Source: Macrostomum hystrix (Eukaryota; Animalia; Platyhelminthes). From it: a stretch of 64,000 bases of DNA. Of the stretch, positions 28,865 to 41,427 are shown piece after piece. Every line of letters begins with the position of its first letter. The stretch's first letter is position 1. The position numbers were made by a program, and so were the translations under genes. Below the pieces are notes generated by a model. The model saw nothing but the letters and a program-made list of their open reading frames with translations. It was not told the DNA's origin and searched no databases. The DNA lies in NCBI GenBank assembly GCA_950097015.1, contig CATNEN010000035.1, positions 186,001 through 250,000 on the forward strand, written 5' to 3'.

Positions 28865-30635
28865 GGCCGTACCGAAGCCGCGCAGTGACCCCTCGCTCAA
28901 TCAGCTGCACGATAGCGGCGTGGCCGTCGACCAGGCAGGTGTCATCAACGGCCGCAGCGGCAGCGCAATCATTGTCGGCAGTCGGCGCCTCAGAAAACGT
29001 CGCGAGTTGAACGGCAGCCGCAACAGGCGAGCTGAACGACTATTCACCACTAACTCAGACTCTCGCTCAGCGTCGGGTTCCGCGGGCACCACAGCAGCAC
29101 TCCTGCCGGGCTCTGCAACGTCGTCGTCGATGTCCAGCCTCACGGACTGCTCCGAGAGCGGCAAAAGACGCCCCGCTCTGCCAACAGCCTCCGAGCTTAT
29201 CGCCTCCTGCTGTCTGGACTTTCGCTGGCTGGTCAGCATCAGCTTGGCCTGCATGGCCATCTGCCTGTGCGCCGGGCTGTTCGGACTCCAGGCCTCCGTG
29301 TCGGGCCGGGTGACCGCCCTCACCGCCAAATGCGTCACCGCTGGTCACCAGGTCTGTTTTCCAGTCCAATAATTTTTCCTATTAGACGTCGAATTAAAAA
29401 AATTCCATTACTTTAGGATGCTTACTTTTTAACTTTGATATAAAAAATGGGTTATTCTATATTATATTAGTATTTCTTATGCAACCATTTATCGATTTAT
29501 TGTTGGATTGCCCATTCAAGGATTTATCCTACTTAATGTGGGATTCCCCAAAAAAATTTTTATTTCATTTTGCGTGAGATTCCCAATGCAACAATTTTTC
29601 CCATTTAGTGAGGGATTCCCCGTTCAAGAAATTATCCCATTTAGTGTGGGATTCTCTATTTAACCATTTATACGATTTAGTGTTGGATTACCCATTCAAC
29701 TATTGATACATTTTTGTGTTGGATTCCCCATTCAACTATTTATCCAATTAAGCTTGGGATTCCCCATTCAACTATTTATGCCATTTAGTGTGGGATTCCC
29801 CATTCAACTATTTATCCAATTTAGTGTTGGATTACCTATTCAACTATTTATCCAATTTAGTTTAGGATTCCCCATTCAACTATTTATTCCATTAGTGTGG
29901 GATTCCCCATTCAACTGTTTATCCCATTTACTTTGGGATTCCCCATTCAACTAAGTACCCCATTTAGTGTGGGATTCCCCATTCAACTATTTATACATTT
30001 TAGTTTGGGATTCCCCATTCAACTATTTATTCCATCAGTGTGGGATTCCCCATTCAACTGTTTATCCCATTTACTTTGCGATTCCCATTCACTAGTACCC
30101 CATTTAGTGTGGGATTCCCCATTCAACTATTTATACATTTTAGTTTGGGATTCCCCATTCAACTATTTATTCCATTAGTGTGGGATTCCCCATTCAACCC
30201 TTCATCCCATTTAGTGTGGGATTCCCCAATAGGACTTATTATCTCGTTTATTGTTGTATTATTTGTTTCGTCAAGTTTCCCATTTGGGATTAGGCCAAAA
30301 ATAATTTGTCCTATCGGATTTCCTTCAACCCCCAGGCGTTGGGTCTCACTGAGGACCTGCACCGGATGCACATGCGTCTAGTCGCCTGCCAGATTAATTC
30401 CACAGCGCAAGCAGAGACTCTGGCTCAACTCAGCGCCATCGTGCTCAGCCTGCAGCGCCGAGTAGCTGAGCTGTACGCCTCCAGGCGAAGGCTGGCACAG
30501 GTCGGCTCCCTGCGTGACAAGGTGCGCAAACTGGTGCAGGACAGCGCCGACCGGGGCGCCGCCATCGCGAGGCTGGAGCGAGGACAGATGATGATGAGGA
30601 CTGCCCTGGAGGCCAAGGGCAAGACTGGGAAGTGA
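28865..30635 (+). CDS. 3' exons of an uncharacterised single-pass membrane protein with a C-terminal coiled coil (5' exons not located)
   Basis: Exons 28865-29351 (acceptor TTCCACAG, donor CAG|GT, phase 0) and 30336-30635. Translation shows a basic patch RRLRKRRE, a Ser-rich segment, a hydrophobic helix WLVSISLACMAICLCAGLFGL and a heptad-like helical tail. Confidence 0.6.
29490..30230. repeat. ~35-bp AT-rich repeat with core GTGGGATTCCCCATTCAAC
   Basis: About 20 degenerate copies inside the 29352-30335 intron. Confidence 0.92.
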
Positions 30636-31265
30636 AGCGCCTGCTGCCGATTTATGGATTGGGAACGCACTCGTTTGGGAGATTAATCCCAACTGTAAAT
30701 TATACATGAGTGTGTCGCGTTAAAATGGGGAAATACTTTGGGAAATTTATCCCAGTCACTGCACTCATCTATGCCATAAAATGTATTTAATTGTTTTTTT
30801 CTTCAAGCCTTAAAGTTAAAAGCCATTTTTTAGTATTAAAGATTTCCGGACTGTCCAAAGTTGTACATCATCCAAGACCAAATGTTCCTCAGTGTTTTAA
30901 CTTTCAGCCAAATACGCTCGATTAAATCTGGCCGTCAAAAATGTCTAGAAACAAATATATCGCTTATTTTACTAACACAAACTCTGCTACTTGTCATCTA
31001 AGAGCATTTTTTTATTGAGATGATTGAGGCGCAAAAATATGGGGTTAAAGGCGGTAATTTATATTTGGTCACAACAAATGGTAAAAATATCTCCGCATAA
31101 CAATAAATCCGCCTAGTTAGAATAGTTTCACGAGGCAAGAGAGTAAAAACTTTAGGAAAAGCATATAAACAAGAGTGAGAGAGAGGAAAATCCAAGGACT
31201 CATGGCTCTGACCAGCCTGCTCTCAGTTTGATTCTGAGTCCCACTCAACGGAAACTGTCTCACTG

Positions 31266-34200
31266 TCAGTGCTGGGATCGACGATTTTGCCCCTCGAAGA
31301 ACATGAAGTCCTGCAAGAGAACGGTGCGAAATCGTATAGGAACTCCCAATATATTGAACCTGATCCTAATTGGCGATTCGAACTCGGAACCACTTGGAGA
31401 ACCACGAATCTCTACCCACCGGACTACAGCCTCTTCACCCAGCCATTCTTCACTCAGCACAACTGCAGACTACAGCCTCTTCACCCAGCCAATCTTCACT
31501 CAGCACTACTGCAGACTACAGCCTCTTCACCCAGCCATTCTTCACTCAGCACAACTGCAGACTACAGCCTCTTCACCCAGCCATTCTTCACTCAGCACAA
31601 CTGCAGACTACAGCCTCTTCACCCAGCCATTCTTCACTCAGCACAACTGCAGACTACAGCCTCTTCACCCAGCCATTCTTCACTCAGCACAACTGCAGAC
31701 TACAGCCTCTTCACCCAGCCATTCTTCACTCAGCACAACTGCAGACTACAGCCTCTTCACCCAGCCATTCTTCACTCAGCACAACTGTAGACTACAGCCT
31801 CTTCACCCAGCCAATCTTCACTCAGCACAACTGCAGACTACAGCCTCTTCACCCAGCCATTCTTCACTCAGCACAACTGCAGACTACAGCCTCTTCACCC
31901 AGCCAATCTTCACTCAGCACAACTGTAGACTACAGCCTCTTCACCCAGCCATTCTTCACTCAGCACAACTGCAGACTACAGCCTCTTCACCCAGCCATTC
32001 TTCACTCAGCACTACTGCAGACTACAGCCTCTTCACCCAGCCATTCTTCACTCAGCACAACTGCAGACTACAGCCTCTTCACCCAGCCATTCTTCACTCA
32101 GCACAACTGCAGACTACAGCCTCTTCACCCAGCCATTCTTCACTCAGCACAACTGCAGACTACAGCCTCTTCACCCAGCCATTCTTCACTCAGCACAACT
32201 GCAGAAGTGCCAAGAATGCTCTGTTTTGATGTTCCTTTTGTACACTACTTCAAGTAGTTTTTCTTACTTCTGAAACGGCTAAAGTCGAAACTTAACTTTG
32301 CTTTAATGTTTTGCTTTCATATTACAATGGCGCTATTATTTTTTTGTGCAGGGTCAACGTGCACTGACCCATTATCTAACGCCAGTCGACGCTAATACAC
32401 GCACTCGGATATACGTCCTCAGGCACACTTGAGTAGGTGCGTACATTGTCCCCGACACACTCTTTTATCATCAGGCGGTGTACACACGATCCCGGAAACT
32501 TTAGATCCGACTTCAAGGGCGCAAACTGCAGCAACAATTATTATCGACAGATGTCCTCTGCGTATCCTCTGCCCCTTGGTCTTAAAATAATTGGTACAAA
32601 CTTAAAAGTCCGTTCGAGTCCTAATTAGAAAAGGTCTTCGAACTCACGATGAGAAAGCAGGCAGCCAGCACAACCGCTTTGATCTTTACACTGAGATCCA
32701 TTGGAAAGGTGATGCCGAAATTGTCAACATCGGAGAAGTACTCCTGGAGCAGGTTGGTCCACTGCTTCGACACGCGACCAACCTCGGCTGTGCCATCTTG
32801 CGACGTCAGCTTTGAGGAAGTCAATTTTTGGGGAACATTTTTGGGTAACGACGTGTCTTACACTGAAGCAATGACTAATAAATTTACCTAGTATAGTTCA
32901 TAAACTTCGAAAACAATGAAGTATTAGAAAAAGAACGTGTAAAGGACACTGACGTGGCGAAATACAAGATGAAAATGGATGCACTAGGTCTCTTTCTAAG
33001 TTTCTGCTGTTTTTATCTACATCAAGGCTCTAATAAGTTTGAGCAAGTTAATTAAAGTTTCAAATCATGAAATTGTATGTCAAGGCAATGTTTTTCGGCG
33101 AAAATCGGTCGCTAAAACATTTCCACGAAAGTCCAGTTTACGTCCTACAGACTACTAGTGGTCTTAGAACAAATTCTTCGGAGGAAATTTTAGTGAATTT
33201 TTTTAACAAAAAAAGTTTCAATAGGCAATCCAATACAGAATAGTTAGTAAAATTAGTATTTTACTGAAATTCGATTCTAAACTATATTTATAAGCGTCTA
33301 AAAATACACGAACGAGCATTCTAGCAGCTGAATTGTTTGTTATAGTTATTAAAAATCGCCTGTTAAGTGCCTTCGTTCAAAGGCCGTTCAAAACCGTCGC
33401 TCAACGTTCCAGAAGTACCCCCCACGTCGTGATGACGTGGCGACAAAACTACAACAAACAATTTTGCTGCTAGTATGCTAAAATATTAATGCTAAATAAT
33501 TCAATCCACTATAGGATCGCCGTTGATCGGTGATTTTGCGATTAAGTGTGGACTTGTGTTTGAAACTGTCTTCACGTTCCCAACGATAACTATTTTAGTT
33601 CAGAATCTAAAGCCTGATATTTAAAGACTGAATTAGCCAAATACAAAATTCCAGCCGATTCTAATGCTAAATAAATGAGAAATATTCTGCCAGGTAACCA
33701 GCTTAAAATAATTGTTTGCCATTAGTTTGCGTCTTCTGTATACATTTTGGATCATTCCCTGATCAAGTTTAGGTCGTAAAATACGCTCGTATTAACTCAG
33801 TCACACATGAGCAGTAATTTATTAAGTTGTTGCCCTTTGATTATGATTATTTTGTCGCGATGTCCATTTTTTTTCATCAGCCCTATATATACGAGCTATA
33901 GTTTCATTTTTTTACTTTTGCTGATATGGGCCCATACTCCGGTGTCGCACGACAAAGACTGAAATGAGTGCTGTTGTTTTGTTTAATGAAACAAACTAAG
34001 ATTGGCTTGAATGCTAATGAAGAAAGCGAAATGAAATTACGCTCGAGTATATTTATCACAGGATCAAATGCTTACAGTGAACGGTATGTCGTCGCCAGGG
34101 CAGTAGCACTTCGTGTAATTAGGTCCCTCAGCCACAAGAACAGTAGCGTCAGCCTCATCCTTGATGTGGTAGACTGGTCGGCAGCCGCCGTAGGCCTGAA

Positions 34201-35766
34201 CCACTCGGCCAATGCGACTGCCCGGTGGTGACTCCACGGATACTTCATCGAAGCAGCAGTTGGCGCAGGAGCAAACTTGGTGGCAACAAACGCACTTGTA
34301 GGGCCTTGAAATGCGGAGCACCTCACTGCCCTGGCTATCCTCGACGAACAGCTCGAATGAGCGTTGAGGTCCGCAGCACTGCCTCACGCAATTGTCGGAG
34401 GCTAAAATTCAAGTTAGCCATTAGTTATCGTTGCTTTGGTTTCTTTGAAATCACGTCTATATTCAATCACCCTCATTCGGATCAAAGTTAGGCATTTTCA
34501 GACAGTCTGCTGTATAACACTCAGGTCAATAAGATGCATGCATCGCAAGAGGCGGAAAATGTTTCTACTTGTAAGAGCATTACTATTGAGCATTTCAGAC
34601 TGCTTGTAGTTTGTAGCTCGGTAGTAAGAGCTTTAAACACAAACCAGTTGGTTTTGAGTTCAAATCTTAGCCAGTCTGATAATGATCACAAAGTGTCAAT
34701 GAGCAAAGTTCATAATTCGTTTCAGTGAAATGGGTACCAGCAGTTAAAATGGGTACCGGTGGCTTCCCAGCCCACTGACTGAACAGCTGCAGATTTCGAT
34801 GTACTGCACAAACTTAGTGTCGTGCCTTGAAGCCGGCACGATTTAGAAGGAATTAGAGCGGGCGTTTGCCTCAAATTAGCCCAAAGTGTGCTCAAGTATT
34901 AAGCGCGCATTATTTGATTAGAATTAAGCTCGCAAGAATTACTGCGTCCAGCCAAGAATAGTCATGGAAACAGGGACTGATTATAAACAGCAGACCTGCA
35001 CAGCCATGACCTTGAACAACACAAAAGCAATGCATCTACAGTTTAAGAGCGCATGGTGTCCTGGTGATGATGTCACACTTGGTACATGTGGCCCAACTAG
35101 GTTAGACACCATTTCTATATATCTCCGAGCTAAATAAGTCTGGTAGATTTTATAATACTCGTACAATCTGATACATACAAGAATTCCGTATTGCTCTTAT
35201 GACTCACACTCTCTGGCAAAGAAGACTTGCTGTCCTGTTGTGTTCTGTACGCTGTATCTGTTCTGCATCTCGAAGCCTGCAATGACTGGATGGTTCAGTC
35301 CGGGACGCAATCAGAATCCGATTAAAAAGAAGTTGTTTTCGAGAAAATTTCGAAGCACCCAAAAATTCTTCAGAATCTGACGTTTTCCCGACTGTCAACC
35401 GCAAATATTTTAGCGGGGGAAGCTAGGTGTGGATCAAGCTGTCAGTTCTTCCACGCAGCTGGGCACAGCAAGTATTTGCAAATGTGCTAATTTGGGCTCA
35501 AATTACTAATGCATGCAAAAAACTGCTGAAAAATATTAAAACCAACCCTCAAACGAATCCTTTTTCTGCTTGATGATTAGCTGGTCCAGCTGTATAAGGC
35601 ATTCCAATCCTCTCGGACATCCCGTAAGTGTTGTCAGTGGAGTGGGCCGCTCCATCCATGGTGTCTCTGTGTGTCGTCGATGTCTTCGACTACCTCGATG
35701 TCCATCGCCCGCGACTTCTCCGCCACCGCCGCGGTTGGCTGTCGGCTGGACACGGTTTTTCTCCAT
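31266..35766 (-). CDS. Phospholipid scramblase (PLSCR family), ~276 aa
   Basis: Exons 35766-35547, 35285-35208, 34401-34076, 32809-32648 and 31310-31266; 831 nt with consistent phases. Motifs CPRGLECL..LDQLIIKQ, GFEMQNRY, CCGPQRSF, ESPPG..IGRV.Q, ISKQW-like VSKQWTNLLQEYFSDVDNFGITFPMDLSVKIKAV, and ACFLI|DFMFFE. The start codon is uncertain; an upstream exon is possible. Confidence 0.95.
31422..32205. repeat. 46-bp minisatellite CAGACTACAGCCTCTTCACCCAGCCATTCTTCACTCAGCACAACTG in the last scramblase intron
   Basis: About 17 near-identical copies. Confidence 0.96.
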
Positions 35767-37985
35767 CTCGTACAAGTTAGAACGGGAGCAGAAACTGCAG
35801 GATAGAAAACGCCAGCTTTACGGAAGTTACAACAGCGTAGGTTGAGCTGGAGAGGGAAGCAACTGGTAGTGACTGTTGCTGTCGTGACTATATTAAGCAA
35901 ATCGCTTGCGTACCGCCGGGTTGACTGGGTGTTAGCTGCCACAAAATCTGAGCTTTATTATTCGCAAAAATTCAATGCATACCCCACCTCAAATATTCAT
36001 CCCGTTGCGTACTCACTATAATCTTCCTCTTTCAGCTAGACCTCCCCAATTCAAATGATGCTTATATTTTGCGCGAGCTGCATCTCTCTAGATGACAAGT
36101 GCCATACCAGGATCTCAGACCCACACTGACAGAATATGGTGTTGAATGTGCAAACAGTGATGCAGTGTTTAGATATTGTTTGAAATTTTGGCGTTTTTGT
36201 CCAGATTTCATCCCCATAAAAATTGTTTAGCGTTCCATTGTTTCACATTGAATGGAATTCAGCAGTACTCGTGCCTCGTACGTTACTCTCTTGTCTCAAG
36301 CAACAGGTCTATCACGGCATTCTAGTTGTCAGTAAAAAATTGACATATTTACTTCTTATAAATATTGTACCGCACTCGAATGTAGAATCCACAACTCTTA
36401 TGGTGGAAAGTGGTCGGGCACATAAATCACCAATATTTGTGTAGCAAAAACGGATAAAAATGTGACATGCCACAATAGGCACTCGGATCGGTAAGTTTGG
36501 CTGTCCAGAACCCTTAAAGCACGGTTAAAAAAACTCTGGGACCGCCAGCTAGATCCGTAATGCTCATGAATCCATGCTTGCAGGTCAATCACACGCACCT
36601 TCGAGGGACCACCTAGCTCGCCAGCTGCCATCTCTTCCCTGAATAACCTCTCCCCTGTGAATCGACCTCAGAGGAACGCATGCCCTATCTTTGGTTCTCT
36701 ATGTGCAAATAACTTTGCCATCCGTGATTTAAAGTTTAAATCACTGAACACGCAGTAATAGCTACCGATGTCAGTCAGATTCCCGCCCTGCTGTGGGAAA
36801 AATTGTCCACGAAAAATATAATTACTCTATACCATTTTCAATAGTACATGACTGAATACTACGGCGATGCTATGCTTCAGCTCTCTGAGGAAAATTAGTA
36901 ATAAAGAGGCGGCGAGAATTCAATGTTCTTTAGAATTACGTAGATTCATTAGCTTAGATGCGTTGCCTTACATCTAATGCTGTCAAATATATTCACAGAC
37001 ATTCACAGAAAACAAAACGGGATTGCGTTGTCTGATTATTGGCCTTAATCAATGAAAATTCAAATTTCCTACAGCCTTCCTTAGAATTCTGCAACTTAAT
37101 GCATAAAACCCCTGTTCCGGAAAGTAATAGTTAAAGTAGTGTTATAAACAAAAAATGTTTCTTTAGAATTTTCTCTGTATATTTTAAGTATATATCTGCT
37201 GACTATGATGGGAAGATACATTTTTCTAACGGATTATGGCAGGAAGTAAGAGGTTGATAAAACTCAATTATTTTTCGATATCTGCAGACACTTTTTCAAA
37301 CACAAGGTGTAACTATCCGGTTTTTGTTGCGACTTTGTTCACACGGCTTTTCAAAACAGATTGTTAAATCTAAATGCTTTGTGAATTTTTCAGATTTTTT
37401 TCTAGATTTCTAGATCTATATTTTTTTCAAAGCACATACTACTTGAAATAGTTATTAGTTCTTTTGAACTTTTTATGTGGATGGGCTCTTAAATAGCTAC
37501 CAAATTATTTTAGTTCCTTGTTGCTTTAAATGTTAAAATGTTCAACTCTGATCACAGTAAAATACTTTTGAAATGTCAAGATAAAAGTAATTTTATTGTG
37601 GTATAAAACAATTTAGCACGATATCTAAATAAAAAAGTACGATTTTAATTATTTAAATTATTTTCCCTTTTTATATAGCGTTTATTTTTTATTTATATAT
37701 AATTTTTATTTTTATTTTTTTATATTGTATATAAATAATATAATTAATCGTGGCCTGTATAATAATTGTAAGATTATTGATTCTAAAAGTAATAAGATTC
37801 TAAGATTCTGAACTGAATCACTCAATTATCACTTGAGGCAATACATAAATGGTCTATTTCAGGAAAATCTTATTTTATAGTATTTACAACTTTATTAACT
37901 AATGTTTAGCTACCAAAGGGATTACCACCCTTAACGTAATATATACTAAAAAATCTATAAAATTGTTCTATTTAAAATTTGAACC

Positions 37986-38026
37986 AGGGACAACTAAAAC
38001 CCTTTAGTTGGGTTTTAGTTGTCCCT
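37986..38026. other. Perfect 17-bp inverted repeat with a 7-nt loop
   Basis: AGGGACAACTAAAACCC (37986-38002), loop TTTAGTT, GGGTTTTAGTTGTCCCT (38010-38026). Confidence 0.9.
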
Positions 38027-38263
38027 TATTTTTGAACCTAAAAATAGGAGACTAACTTTGCAACTTTGTCCTCAAATTTAAAACGGCTAAAGCATGGAGC
38101 TGCTATTTAAAAGTCAGTAAGAAATGAAAAATAAAATTATTAGATTTTACATTCAATTTTTTACTTTTTTAATGCAATTTTTACATGATTTTCAGGACCA
38201 ATCGTATATAAATGTTTGATAAAAAAATTTATTTCGTGACAAAATTCCAGCAAAACTGTTGTC

Positions 38264-39084
38264 ATGACAACAGAGGGCCATCTAGCTTCCGGCCTCGGTT
38301 TAAATTGCAGCGATGAGAACAAAATAATCTTTGATCGACTCTGCTATAGATACGCGATCGGCAAGCCAAATTCAGTGCTACTGTCGGGTTCCTGATGGAC
38401 TACTTGGTGAGGCCTTCTGGATCGGTCTCTTCAAGGTCGGCCAGTTTAATCCGAGCGCTGATTGTCTCATTCGAACTGATCTACTGTCGGCTGGCTATCA
38501 CGGCCCAATCTGTCTGGACACTAGTCGCATAACACATGAACCTAGAGAGTTCTATCAACTCTATCTGATCAATGCCAGTGACGAATTTATACGCTCGGCT
38601 AGTGACCCTTTTTTAATTGAAGGTGAGACGGATGAGCCTAGCTCAATGACCTCGATAACTTCAGAATCGTTGGGAACTGGCACACTGACAATGTTCAGTG
38701 AGCAAGCTTCAACTGTTGATGAATATCAACCTGGAGGCCTCGAAGTGGTAGCGAATGAAGAAGATTGGCTGGATGTGACCAGTGATAGTTCCAAAATCGC
38801 TCAACTGAATTCCCAGCTGAAGGCATCCAGCATCCTAATCAACCAGCAGCAAGCCAGCCTGAACTCTTCAGCGGACTTTGCTGACAGCATGCGTCGCCAG
38901 CTGACTGCCTCTCTTCGACGCGAGCGTCAGCTAAGTCGTCAGTTAGCCGAAGTCATTAAAGCTTCTTCGCCGAAACCATTAAAGGCCATCGTCGAACATC
39001 TGTCCTTTTTGTAGTCGTGCCTTACCGGCAAACTATGAGCCAGCGATGCTTGTCAAACACATTCAGGACATGCATATACAATAG
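38264..39084 (+). CDS. CALCOCO/NDP52/TAX1BP1-like selective autophagy receptor (SKICH, LIR, coiled coil, UBZ-type C2H2), ~272 aa after correcting two +1 frameshifts
   Basis: ATG at 38264 gives KIIFDRLCYRYAIGKP; a +1 shift at AAA 38368-70 gives IQCYCRV...FWIGLFKVG...EFYQLYLI...SASDPF (SKICH), then NEEDWLDVT and a short coiled coil. A +1 shift at AAA 38981-83 gives CPFCSRALPANYEPAMLVKHIQDMH* (stop 39082-84). 821 minus 2 = 819 nt, a multiple of 3. Confidence 0.85.
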
Positions 39085-39827
39085 TGATGGAGTTTACTTA
39101 GTTTAAGCCGGCGAAGTAGAAATTTAATCGAGCAAATGACAAGTGCCTGTATTCAGGGCTTTCCGTTTTCTGTGATTAGTGAGGCTGCAGCCCAGTGGCT
39201 TAAGTTTTCGACTCCTGTAAAAAATTTCGCGAGTTCTATTCTCGGCCTATCGGAAACAACTTTTATCATTAAGCAAGACACTTAGTTTCCCATTACCCAT
39301 TGTTATTTGGGTTGGACGCGACCCGCAGTCCATGGACTGAACTGCTTGTACATGACCTTTTATGTGAAAATTAAAATGCACCAGTAGAAAGTCAAGATAA
39401 AATTAGACAAGATCTGTCTTTGATTTGCATGAGTAGAATCTATAACTTTCTTAAATGCTTTGTATTGATGTCCTTCTTCGTAGGCTTCGACAAACTCACA
39501 TTTACCACACTCAAATGTCACATTTACCCATATAACCGTCCCTGTGAAATTTTAAATTAAATATAATATTTTTCCAATCTATTTTATTCAAAAAAATTTT
39601 ATCAGAATAATTCGGAAATGCTGCTAATTGTTTGACTCCACTGCTCTTTAAATTGGCTTCAATCTCTTGTATTATTACGTGAATGCTGCAAAAGTTTATT
39701 CGCCTTCCCGGCACAGATACGTACTCAGGCGTACTGTATGCGTACATCTTAAGTGTTAACCGTGGGGTGGTTGACCCCTGGGCGTTTCAGGAAAATCAAC
39801 ACAGCTCTAGGTTGTGTGTTCTAAATA

Positions 39828-40436
39828 GTCTATGGTAGAAACAGTTAAAGTAAAGGCGAAATCTCCATTCTTCTTTTTGTACACTCTTCTCTCTCTTCCC
39901 CTCTCTCCTCGTCAGCGTGCGTATAACGCAACTTAACTGCTGTCTATGGTAAGCTTTGGTAATTAACCCTACGTGCGTCTAACGCATACTTATCGAAGTG
40001 TTATAATGTAACTAAATATATCACTGCTTTGTGCTTTAATGGTCTTGGTCACGAGCACAGATACTAAATATTAGGAATTTGGATCTGTGGTCACGAGTGC
40101 GCGTAGCATTTTCTCTTGAACTATTTTTTCGGTATCTCCTAAAATAATCAACCAATCGCTGATACTGACAATACCTATGCATTAAGTTTACTATGAGTGC
40201 GCGAAGCGCACGAGTGCTGAGACCGTTAAAGTTCAAAGCGGCGATATATTAGTTGCATTGTAATATGCAAGCTGGGCCATAGACACTTGCGTTAAATGCA
40301 CGCTCAAGCCTGTGGGGCTTATATAAGCCTGTGTACTTATCACATTATTATTTTTGTGCTTGTAGCGTTAGACGCACGCTAAATGCGTTACACGCATGAT
40401 GAAAACGCTTAGCGCGGTTGAGTTTCTACCATAGAC
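39828..40436. mobile_element. MITE-like non-autonomous DNA element
   Basis: Perfect inverted termini GTCTATGGTAGAAAC / GTTTCTACCATAGAC, each flanked by TA (possible TSD). An inner inverted pair TGTCTATGG (39941) / CCATAGACA (40277) is also present. No transposase. Confidence 0.6.
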
Positions 40437-41427
40437 TACTTGCGTTACACGCACGCTGTCTAACGTTTAATGCACCGCATTGCGTAACAACAATGAATCT
40501 TGTCATAGAGGCATGAGATTTCATGCTGAGCAGTCTCAGCAAAGCAGCAACCGTTCATCTCTCGCCCAGCTCTCCCCCCATTATAATGACAACTAAAGCA
40601 CTTTTCACGCGATAAATTTAGTCGTTAACAATTGCAACTGCAAGCTGCATAGGTTAATTTAAATTAAACAGTAATGAAAAGATCATAGGTCGTTCAACTT
40701 AATGAGATTTTTTTAGTCCCTTGGCTCTCAGACATTGTGGCGATAAAGCTAAGGGTTGGCATGGATCCGCCTAGTTTCCTGCAGCGAGAGGCCTGCTGCA
40801 CCCTCTTCATCTCTCTCATTCTTCTCATTCTCTCCGCGTCTTCACCAGCCAGAACTGTACTAGCAGCTGGCGCTATAATGAACAGTCACGGCACAGTTTC
40901 TTTTCAATCTAGCTGCGGACCAGTCCTTTTAGTAGCTTGCTATTTTTCGTACTGGATAGAAAGCTGCAAAGAAGCGAGAGGGCCCTTTAATTTGTTTTAA
41001 TTTGTTTTTTGTCACTCAGGCCATCTTTTTCTCCCTGTGCACTCTTGATGAGCACGAAAAGAGCATAATGAAAAAAATATTTAGCGCAGAATTTCGCTGC
41101 CAGAGATTTTATCGCCAGTGCGCAACTGCTTCTAAGGGGCTTATTTCTTTTCAGCCAATGAATGCCAAGCAGAGATGAAAAGAGCTGCTCTCGCACAATT
41201 TTGGGTTAGAGAGAGGGAAGATTTTTGTATATTTTCTTACACCCACTGACGTCAAGTCTGAATAGACTGAAGCAACAAACTGTTTATTCGCTAAATTGAA
41301 AACATTTTCTTATTGCTAGGTGTTGCAATCTTTAGTGACAAAAGCATTAGATATTGATAAAGAATAAAACTAAAAAAATTGTTTGAGCCAATTGCTACCA
41401 GGTGTTTTTTATACAATATCCTCTGAA

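Noticed and set aside
38331-39014. Listed 227-aa ORF as the complete SKICH protein
   Set aside because: It starts at TTG and lacks both the first SKICH strand and the zinc finger, which are found in adjacent frames.
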